Shown one piece after another: positions 18,501 through 30,500 of a DNA stretch of 64,000 nucleotides (the stretch's first letter is position 1; every line of letters starts with the position of its first letter). Location: positions 3,400 through 67,399 of the forward strand of contig JAHLWR010000019.1 of the NCBI GenBank assembly GCA_019057815.1. Direction: 5' to 3'. A program made the translations under genes and the position numbers. Origin of the DNA: Candidatus Heimdallarchaeota archaeon (GTDB lineage: Archaea > Asgardarchaeota > Heimdallarchaeia > Heimdallarchaeales > Heimdallarchaeaceae). Below the pieces are notes generated by a model. That model was not told the origin of the DNA. It made no database searches and saw only the letters and a list, made by a program, of their open reading frames with translations.

Positions 18501-21500
18501 AGGCTAGACTGTACGTTTGCTGATGATACAACATTCATACCTTCCCAAAGCCTATTATTCTTGAATTCCCAAGCCCCATGTTTTGTTACCATGTCAAAAC
18601 CTTGGATATTAAGAATCAATTGACGGTAGTTAGTGTCATCAATTGATCTAGGGCCTTTAGGTGTTATATAGTCTATATTCATATCTATAGGCCCCCAATC
18701 TTTATCTTTGAAAGTTATACCTTTATCTGCATCATATTCTATTTGGCTCACATCGAATTTGAATATACCATTAGAAGTAGTTATAACACCAACATCATCG
18801 ACAGAATTTCTATCAGGTCCAAAAACAACAGGTAAAATAACTCCACCAGCACCCATCAACGTAAGCTGTTCTTGTAATTCTTCCCAAATTATAGCAGCTT
18901 TCTTTTTAGCACCATTACCATCGGTGGGTTTGGGATCATCTTCAGTATGTGTATTTAAACGTTTTTTAAGTTCATCGTTGGCCCATTTCATAACAAGATA
19001 AATGTCAAATTTTGTTGCACATTCAACAAGTTCACCAACAGTCTCTTTAGGAACAGCTCTAAAACGTTTTAGAGCATCTTTGCTTACAAGTCTATCATCC
19101 ATTAAATCTTGGAAAGTTTTAAGATGTTGAATAAAAGCAGGATATTTAGTGACTGGATTACCATTCTCATCTATAGTGATTATACCTTCGGACTCTATTA
19201 TTTTCTTAGCAACAATATCAAGTTCTTTTAGAACATTCTCACCGAGAATGTTCTTAGGACTAATATTCTTATCAAGAGCCATTAAAGCGAGTATTAGAGA
19301 TGTTTGTAAGGTATTCACTTGTGAAGAGGTTCTACCTGGAACAGCATAATTGAAGAAACCATTTTTAAAACTGTCAATAGCTTTCATTTTAGCATCTATA
19401 GAGGTAACAGTAGATCCCGTGTAACGGGTATGCATTCTATCGATATGATCATTACTAATAAATGAAAAACCATATGTTAATCTAGCAATATTAAGATTGG
19501 TATCAACACCTGTTTTTCCTGTAACGGTAGAATCAGGGGGGATAGTGTCTGTGTCTGTAAGAGAGTTTTTAACCATAACCTCACTAGATGTTACTTCATT
19601 CATCTGCGAAAAGAAGGTTGACGGAGTGAGTATCTTAATGAAATTATCTAAACGCCCGTCTTTTTCTAGAGTAACGATTTTAGATAAACTTGTAGCGAAA
19701 ACCTCGAAAAGAGCAAAAATTGAACCTAATCGTTGTTTTTTAATTAACATCTCAAGAGATAGAATACTTGCAAGAAAGTCTGGTAGACGAGCAAAAGCTC
19801 TATTAGATTTGATAAGAGCTTTTCCGAAAGATTTCATAAACAACTTCATTGAACCTTGGAAAGCACCCCAAGGAAGGAAAACAGTATATTCAAGATAACT
19901 CCAAGCTTGACGAAGAGACGTGTGTATATTAATTATACTCTTTTGTTTAGTAGCAAATTCAATCATTGATAGTTGGTGACCCAAAACATCATCGACTAGC
20001 TTTGCATTCCTTGAGGAGGCTTTTATGCTATTGCGAAGAAGGCTTACACGAGTGAAAATATCTACAATGTCCATAGGTATTTGGATACGTGACAATGCAC
20101 GGAAGAAACTGTTTTGAACAATGATTGAATCTCGAACATCTTCATAAAGAGCTATGACTGGGAAAATGTTGCCTATCATTTCAATAGTGGTGAGAAATTC
20201 CAGTTCAGTGATACCAAATTGGATGTAAATTTGGTCTATAGAAAGTTTATAATGTTTATCGAGACTAATAAGCCACTTATAGGAATCTCCATCAGCTGTA
20301 CTTGTACCATCCCAAACAGCTATAACAAGGTAGTGATCGTCAAAACCAAGAGGTTGGATATTAGACGCCATCATTTCCTTAGTGTAAACACCTATGCTAT
20401 AAGGACCATATTTGAGGAACTTACTCTTAAACCAGAGGAAGATGTTAGAGTCTCTTTCACACATGTTATAAGCTTCAGGTTGGTAATTAGGAGAAGTAAC
20501 CCAATCACGCATGTTAGCCAGATCGGAATCGGTAGAATTAACAACAGCATCAGCGTATGCACTATCAGCAAAAGGCAATTTAGAATTTACATTGCTTATG
20601 GTTTTTGTGGAAAGGTGGTTAAGATAAGCGTCCCAAAGATAATCAAATTCCAAAATACTATGAGTACGGGTACATTTGTCTTTATCTAATACAGTATAAG
20701 ATTCACTTGCCTCACCAGTATAGTATGAAAGGGGTATGCCTGCTCCTTCACTGTTACCTAAAATAAGAGCCCAAAAGAACATAAAAGCGCTGTGGAATTT
20801 AACATAAGCATAATCAGTACGTTGTTGAAGCATTTCTCCTTTATCACCACCAGTAGCACCGAGACTAAAACCTGTCATCATCCTCCAGAAGAATTTGATA
20901 ACATTCCAAGCGATACGCAAAGCTTTACTGACAAAACTCCAGATTTTATACCAAGTGCTATGAGTAGGTGAGTCCTTGAAAGGATCATAAGAACCTTGAA
21001 TAAGGTCAAAAATACCTTCCATCCAGTCGGTAAACCGGTCTTCCATACCCTTGAGATTGAAAACATCACGTAGAACACGGACATCGATATAATTTAATCC
21101 TGAAACATCTACATCTAAAAGCTTAACTTGGTCTTGGGTATTATAGTCAGCTAAATTAAGACATTGCCACTTAATTTTACCATCCTCCATATAATAACTA
21201 GAGTAATCGACAGCGTCTCCGACATCTAATTGTTCTTCTTGATTGAAACATTGGATAATAAGCTTTTCAAACCATTCAGCGAAAGAAGATTTAGTAGGAT
21301 CAAAATAATCTGCGTCTTCATAAGTTCCAGAGAGAGATAAAGGAATCTCATAAGGTAGATCTATTTTAGATTGAATTGCTTGAATAGTTGCAGGGTTATC
21401 AAAAACGCCGACGTAAGTACCAGAATAATCAGGATTGTCAAGATTGTTAGAATAAATAGTGAAAGAGCCAGAGGAAGTTATATATGTTTTCTTGTATTTA

Positions 21501-24500
21501 TCAGCATCAGCTTTAGGAATAACTTCAATATATCTGTTATGAAGTGTCCAGATAAAATCATTATCATTAGCAGTTATAATAATCTCAGTGTTTATACCAA
21601 CTGTACGAATGATCTCTGTTTCAACATCAGTAGTAGCATTAGTAAACGTGAAGTAATGTGTAGTGGAATCTGTTTCGCTATCAAGGTTTAGTAAGTCAAT
21701 ATATTGGTTTGAATATTCATTGAAACTAAGATATCTTGTTATCTCAGGGTCACTTTGATGAATGTCATCACCAACATAATCTCCTTCCATAAGAGTGTAA
21801 CCATCAATATTATATCCTTCAGCAGTAAAGTTTCCATGTATAGCTGGATCATAAATAAAATTGGCTCTAGATTGACCTAAACCATCTAGTATAATCTCTG
21901 TATCACCAACTAAATAACAAGCGGTATTAGTTGAAGAGCTGGAAGTAAGGGAAAGAGCACCCAATTCAGAATTAATTTGAGATATTTCTTCCTCTGATAG
22001 AATAGGTGCTGCCGGAGCAGTAAGCATTTCATAACTACCATTAACGTCAGGTACAGTTCTAAACCACCATCTACCTGCAGTGATAGAATAAGTATTCATA
22101 TAGTTATTATTAAAACCTTCATCAATCTTAATGGCAAAGTTCATGTTAAAGAGTACATAACTGGCAAGAGGTACACCTGTTCCTCCGTCATATATTTGAG
22201 GAATACCTAAATTATCTTCATCTTCTTCGTCAAGTCTATAATAACTTTCAACCTCAAGTTGAGTTTCAAAATCACTGGCACCTAAGAAGTAAATACGGTA
22301 AGTATGGAAACCACCAAGGTCATCCCTGAAGAACCCACCTGCAAGGACATGTTCATTATCAATAATACTTGTTCCACCAGCAACCTCGTCAAAAGGCTTA
22401 CTTTCGTACATTAACGTATCTAATCTGGAAAGAACAACGTTATAATTAACTCTAATAGGTGAAGGTTCGAGAATTTCAAAAACCTTATCCATTCGATTCT
22501 TAAGTCTAATACTGATATTAAGAGGTTGAGAAGTGTCTGTGATTTGAACTAACATTAATATTCGATGGAAACCCTTAGAATCGATGCCAAGTTTATACTC
22601 GTAATACGTTTCTAAATCTTGATCTCCAGTTAAATCATCGTAAGGATTGTTACGAACAACGTAATCACCCTCCATCCAATTCATAGGTCCTGGATCAAGA
22701 CGTGGACGTATTAAATCAATTCCTAATCTTCCTCTATAGTCATCGTAGCCTTGGGTGTAAACAGAAGGAATAGCATAGCGATTTAATAAGGGGATGGTTA
22801 AAGTGTTAGAACTAGTATCTACTTCATTGAAAATAGAATCCTCATTTTGTATCAATTGGTAACCATCGATAGAAAAGAGTTTGATATCAAACCCAAAGTT
22901 ATTGTCTAATCCTTTTTGTATAATAAGTTCAGCGTCTTCGAGATCTTGAGCGTAATAGAGATTAGTGTAAAGAATAATGTAATCTTCAGCACTAGGTATA
23001 AATTTTATATCAGATCCAAAGTCAATATAGAAAGTATCTTCGTCATTTTCTAATTGATTAAATTCAAGGTTGCCATAGGGTGTTTTGAGTCTGTCTCCTT
23101 TTTTAGGACAGATATCATTGATTAAACCTATCAATCCTTCAGTATTATGCAAAACTTCAGAACCAAAAGGTTGGGTATAAAGCCATTGAGTAATGTACTC
23201 GTTTTGCTGGAAAACACTTCCACCAATAGAAATATCCCCAAAAGCAATATACGAAATATGCATCAAATGGTTAGGATTATCACTAGGTCTAACAATTTTG
23301 AACAAGATAGGAGAAGTACCTCCATGAACGTTGATAGGGATAAAAGCGTTATTACGCTTGAAATCGCTTTTAGTATAAATAGCTATACCAGACTGATAAA
23401 TTGTGAAAGGTAAGTCACTGTCAATTTCAATAAAAATTGTTTCAGCAGCGAAAGAATCAGCATAAATCATGAAGTAGTAATTATCAACGGTATTAGGTTC
23501 AATAGCACGTTCAAAAATCGTATCGATGTCAATAACACCAGTTTCACCTAGTTCTTTAATTTTCCATAGAGCAGAAGTTTGTTCCCCTTCAGAAGAATCA
23601 ATAGTGATCTTACTTTCACTTGAGGGAAATTCGCCTATGGTTGATCTTTCGAGAGAGTATTTGAAATCTGCAAATAGTAAAGATTCAACCATCTCTTTAA
23701 GTGTCTGGATATTTGGCATAATCTTAATTACATCAAAATTAAATGTTCTTGTAGGATATTTCAAGCTTAGATTATCAATCGTTGAAGTTTCTCCATCATA
23801 AGCAGGTATATGTGCTAAAGCTTGATATAAATCTATTTCAAAATACTGCCATTTCTCTTTATCTTCTAAGAGAGTAAGGGGGAAAGATGCAGTTATATAT
23901 ATGTGATTATCCACATCAACAGTATAAGTAGCCGAACCTTCATACCAGATACTCTTTTCTCCAAAAGTAAACTCGAGCTCTATGTGTTGATTTCCTCTAC
24001 AGAGTATTTCTTCAATAACTATTTTTCCTTTACCTTTAACGAATCCAGAAAGGGTTAAACCTTCTTTAACGTCTATAGTATCTAAAATATATTCAATTAC
24101 ACCACTATCTTGTACGAAAACAGGATTAATAATAGCATTATTTTCCGTTACTTCTGAATAATCCCCTGAATCTGGATCTATTGTAGAAATGATATCTTTC
24201 CATTCCCTCTGTTCTTCAAGATTGTAAGTTTCAGCGGTATACAATATATCAGTTACGGACTCTCTAGTAGCGAGCGAGAAACCATAGACAGAAGTAAGAC
24301 CTTGTGAAATAAATCGCAATTTAAGGATGTTATTAGGTGAGTTTCCAATAACGTTTAGGTTGATAGGATAGCGATGGTACTCAAGATTGGGGAAAGGAGA
24401 AGATTGTGTCCATGTATCTCTTAAAATGTAATTGTCATTAATTATTATTGTAATGTTACTTAAACCATCTTGAATCGAGCAACCAATAATAGTCAAATAA

Positions 24501-27500
24501 AGATTAGTTGTGTAAGCATTGATAGATATTTTCCAATAGCCACCTTTAACAGTTATTTCCCAATTATCCTCAAAATCCTTCTGAGTGCTGAAATATTCGA
24601 TATAGTTGAAAACTTGGATGTTATCGTAATGGACGCTACCTATGGAATTGGATAAAGTAAAACGATATTCACCTGAACCAACAACCACAGAGGTATTGAA
24701 ACTATATTCATCTTCATTAATAACTAGAATGAAATCTCCTTCTCTGATAGTAACATTGTTTTCGTCAATAATATCAACAATTGGTGAATAATAATAGTTT
24801 AAAGAAATATGGTTCCATTCATGTTCTTTGATAATATCACCACTAGTGATTTGAAGTAAAAGATCACTGTTGTTGCCGAAAAGAACACCATTGTGAGTGA
24901 TTTTAATGTAGCCGACAGTTATCCATTCATTGATAGTGTCGTTATAATATTCATTAGTGATAATTGTTTCAAAGTCGGTTGAGGGCATAAAGTCCATGCT
25001 CCATTCAGGACCGGATGAACCATCTTCAGTAGAATAAACAAAATTTACACTACCAGTGCAGTTAAGCATTTGATTTGTATTATATCTAAGATAATAATCA
25101 CCTAATTCTCCTTGACCATTCATTGAAGGAAGTTGAGTGAGAATCTCATCATCTTCATAGTGGAAGGTGTTAGAGAATATACTATGAACGAATAATAAAC
25201 TTCCACCCACGCTTATGTAAGGCTTAATTCCTGTAGTATCAAGGTTGTTGGTAGTAGTATCAATTCTAACTTCAATATAATTATCTAAATCGATAATCTC
25301 ATCCCATTTCCATATCCAGAAACGCATAATGTGAGTAGTTTCATCATATTGAAGCCTTACAAAGAAGTTCTTATATGTAGATAAATGTGATATAACTTCA
25401 AGGTTATAATATGTATGGTCTTCGTCTACTTCCCCTACAGCGACAGAATCACTACTCCGCCACTCGTTATAAAAGGAACTATAACCGAATTTCATACCAG
25501 TATAGTAGTAATTCGAATAGGGGTCGACTTTAGCTAATCCTATCTCGATACTGTTATCTAAATCTTCTATGTTCATAGCGAACATATCCAAATCAAATGT
25601 TATATCTATGTTACCTGAAAGCTTATCTACAAATCTGAATTTACTATTGGGGTACATTATCAACGAATCAGAATAACCTGTCCCCATGCCCGTTGTACCA
25701 CTCCAAGAGTAATCTCCTTCAAGTTCTTGTATTTCTTCTTCATCAAAAGAATCAGTTATAGGAATGTAATCTATATAGGTAAATTGATCATTACCAAAGC
25801 CAACAGTAAAACCAAAACTTCCATCGTTATAGATATTGTTTAACCTATATTCTTCCGAATCAGTGAAATATGCACTATTTTCAAATGCAACTTTATGGTC
25901 ACCATGTAAAGGTATATAGTTTGGGTGTACGTATTCAAAACCGTATTTATCATTTGTGCCTTCTATGATATACTCTGTATGAACGTTTGCGTTTTCCATA
26001 ATATCTTTAGTAAAGGGAACGTTCTGCATCGAACCGTAATACTGATTGTAATAATACCAGTTTAAACCTTCATTATATCTAGGACTATCACAGTAAATGT
26101 TGATAAGATATTCATGGACTGTATCTCTTGAAATTAATATCTCAAAATTAATTATTATTTCTTCACTTGCTGGAAAAGCACCTAGTAAAGCATTACCAAT
26201 GTAAACATATGTGATATCTTGATGTTCAAGTCTATGTTCATTATTACGATTGTTTATGTCATTAGTGTCATATTTTATTGTCCATTCACGATCTTCATTA
26301 TGACCATAATGTAGAATTTTTATTCTTAGAATCTCAGGTTCGTTTTCCCCTGGAAGTATTAAAGCACCAGATGTAAATAAGACGTCTGTTGGTAAGTCAT
26401 TTGAAGACCATTTGTCAATCTTAAATTCAGCTTTTAAGAGGAATTTATCTGCTATTGGCCCATCGTAATTAACGATTCTGTGAGGAAGATCGTCATTAAG
26501 AAGGATATAATCAACCGCTTGACCATCAGGCTCACCTTTCAATTCACCTAAATAACCATGACCACCAAAGGACATCCATTCGTTGTAGTGGTGCATATAA
26601 TAATTATAATAGTGTCCATAGTAACCACAAGATAAATAGAAACTATTCTGTTCCCAGAAATCTTTTGTGTCACTATCATAAAGCCATTGTATGCCTTTAG
26701 GTCCAGAATCAATAGAATATGGGCTTGTAAAGTCATATGGACTTTTATCAAGAATTGACCAGTCTCCACCAATAGCATTTGAACCATCAAGCGACAGATA
26801 AGAACTAGGTGTGTGAGTGAAGAAAGTTAAATATAAACTGTCAATAGTAGACGCATATCCCCAATCTTGATTATTAATGTAAATATTTTTAGTTGATTGA
26901 AAAGAGACTTTGTTTAATTCTGGTAGAGTACTGTTTGTTAATTTTTTGTGAATATAATTATGGACTTCAGTAAGTGTATGATCACCAAATAATTGGTTCC
27001 ATCCATTGGTTTCGGTTTCTAAGGTGAGTCTACCACAACCATATACTAAATCTAAGTAATATTCTGAAATATTCAAATTAGCGTTAAGAATAGGTTCAAT
27101 CCTTGTTCCAATAGGAAGATTGAGGTAATCTGCTGATGAAAAACTATCTTTATACATTTGTGTAAGTGTAGGAGTATTTATCTCAAACTCACTATATTCC
27201 AATAAAGATAATTCTTCTCCATTATAGTTAGGAAAGAGTTTTCGGTTAACTGTCCAATCCATATCATAAGAAATGGGAGCAGCTCCAAGGGCGAGAAAAG
27301 TTTGAGTAAACAGAGGATATTTATTAAGATAATTGATAAGTGAAAGATCATCGTCATCTACAAAAGGATTTGTTAAGTAATTTTTATCCTCTTTTGTCCC
27401 ACCTAGTAAAATGTCGTCACCAAATGAAACAGTAAATCCCTCAAAACTACCACAAGTGCTAGGATAATTAAAATGCTGTTTTTCCTCAAAATCGTATAAT

Positions 27501-30500
27501 AATGAATAAGCTACATTGTGCCTATAATCGTCATCATCAATCATTGGGTTACCATAATAGGGTCTACCGTAATTTATTGTTATTATGTAATCATTATCAT
27601 AATAGATGTAACTAGTGTCGAAGGGTAAAGCAGAATAGGTGACATTATCAATAACGTTTGGAGACCATGTATCTTCGATAGACCAAATTATTTTACAATC
27701 AGGAATAGAATCTTCAAAAGGTCCATCGTCCTCTGTGATTTTGAAGAGTTGACCTTTAAGTTTTATATTATAATTTTCATTAACTGTATCTCCATAGATA
27801 TAATCATGTATATTATTTCCCATGTCATAATACTCATAATAACCTTGAGAAAGTTTCTTTCTAAGTGTATCAACAAAATCCAATTCTATCAGAACTTCTC
27901 CGTCTCGAGCATCATTATCAAGATTAGAAATACTAAAACTTAATTCCAATATAGTTGCTGCTGGTGACAGATAATTTGGAAGAAGTGGAACCCTAGAAGT
28001 ATAATCTTGTTTGTATGATTCAAGTATTTGATCTTTGTTATATTTCCAAGGTTGATTTGTATTAGAAATGAATAAAGGTGCTAATCCATCTCGTTCTTGT
28101 AAGAACCAAGATAAATCTTCAAGGGATAAATCATAATCATCGTTATTTAGAAAATCTACCAATTTATCATCTGAAGTATATGGGTTGTGAATATTAGGGT
28201 TATCTAATCTTTCTATATAAAAAGGACTAAAATCTGTGAGTAAAATATTAGAAATATATGGTGCGTAATCTTTGTTATTATAATCATCAAATGTTTCAAC
28301 GTTCTTGATTCTGTATACATGAATGTTTTTGAAAATAACAGGGTGAGAACATTGGTAACTATCGAAAATTATCTTGACGAGTTTTAAAGAACTATCTTCT
28401 ACTCTTCCATCACCATCAGGATCTTCTCCAATGATGTTTGCAAGTATGAAACTTTTAGTTAAACTATTATCGTGAATGTTATTAGGATTGATGGTAAATT
28501 CATATTGATTACCCTCATTATCTTCAAATGTCACTTTTGTTGCATTAAGTGGGTTAGTGGAGTAAATTTCAAAATAAATATAGGGAAAATGACTATGATC
28601 GATAGGAATGTTGAGATCCTCAAGAGTAACTGAACCAATAAAAGCAGCGAGATTGCCTTCAATTGGGGTAATAATAGCATTTGAAACGTCATCCCAATCC
28701 GTTAGTTGCTGGAATACACCGTCAACTAGAATATTTTCAACTAAAGGTTTGTGAAGAGTGTAATAAGCGTCTTCCTCCCAAACATCAAATTGAGTAGTCG
28801 ATTTAGCTTCATTAGTATTGAAATCTAATTGCCAAACATTTTCGAGATTGTGGTCGGTATAATCAGTATGAGCTATCGCACTACTAGTAATGGGACGAGT
28901 GAGAATGTAATGGATAGTAACATTTTCATAAGCATCATGTGGATGTTGAAGCACTATTTCATAGTCCCCATAACTGAAATCTAGAAAAATTACGTGTCCA
29001 AAGACCTTTTCTTCATTTTCAGTCCAAGTAATAGTTCCTTGGAAAGAGTAAGGCTCAGCACTAAACAGTTTTCTTGTATAGACATCGATTGATATTCTAG
29101 GTAGAATGTTGTCTACAAGTACTCCCACTTCAAATAGACATGGTTCTCGAATATTAATATCGTAAGATGCAATAAAATTATCAGGAGTATTAGTCTCATA
29201 AGAGTAAGACAATGTATCCTCTACCATCTCACTCGTTACTCCCTTGTCGAAATAGTTGATAGGATTGATTTTAGTATTAAAAGGGTTAATACCCAAAACA
29301 AGCATTGGTCCAAGATATACAGGACTCTGTAAAGGACGAGGATCATTGTTAATGATACTAATCTGTAAATATTCCAACCTTCTCAAATCTGGAGTTTTAA
29401 AGTGTAAGTAAGAATCTTTATTGGCTAGAACGTCTTTAACACCTAAAGATTCTACTGTTGCAATACCAAAAAGGTCAAAAACTGTATGAGTTACTTCAAC
29501 CTTGATGTTTTGTTGAGATTTAATCAACATGATAAAACGAGATGAATCTCTTCTAACAGGCCCAGAGACACTAATCGATTTAAATTCAATAATTTGGGCT
29601 TTAGAGTTTGTAGAGCATTTTGAGAAGAATCCCATATTTCCTCCAATGGCCATTCCACCTAAAGAAGGAGTATAATAGTATTCCTCACCATTTAGAGTTA
29701 TTAAATATGCGTTATAACCAAAGGTTGTTTCAACACTGATGGTATTATCTTTCAGAAGATTATAATCAGAATTGAGAAATATTATTTCATCTATAGCGTC
29801 ATTTACATAGATGAAAATAGCAGGTTTATCATTGGTTCTACCTATTCCAACCTTGATATTCCTGTAACCACTTATCGATATACCTGCAATAATATCGTAA
29901 GAAGATAAATTGAAAACAAGTGATGTGTAGAAATCACCAACATTGACATCTTTTCGCACAGCTTCGCAACTTTCACTTACCGAAATACCGGAAAGTTCTA
30001 AATCTTCGAAAATAGCTACATCTTCAGTAGTATAGTTATTCTGAATAAGTTCTGTAGTTAAGTAATCTGCGTATCGAAGTTGATCGTTTTCAATAAAGTA
30101 AGTAGCAAGATAACCTTCTCTATCTGTAGCTAGAGCGGGATAATATTCCCCAAAGAACGTTGTAATGTCATAATATGCGTGATTGTTAGAATGGATAAAT
30201 TCCCAAGGAGAAAATTCCTCGCTAACAGGATCAGAATAACCGTTAGTGAAAATGTTTGCTTGATAAATAACAATGTCTACACCGTCAGTACAGTCTAGAC
30301 GAGTATCGGGCGAACTAAAAGAGAACTCAAATTTGAGTCTTTGACCACAATAATCTGTGAGTGAAAAAGTGTTGAAAGCAGGATAATTCCAGCTTTCGTA
30401 AATAGTGTAAGAACTTAATATTTCTCCATATTGTTGTTCAGGGTCATCAAGATTGAAGATTTTAATTGTATATGTATAATTATATGTTTCATATTCATAA

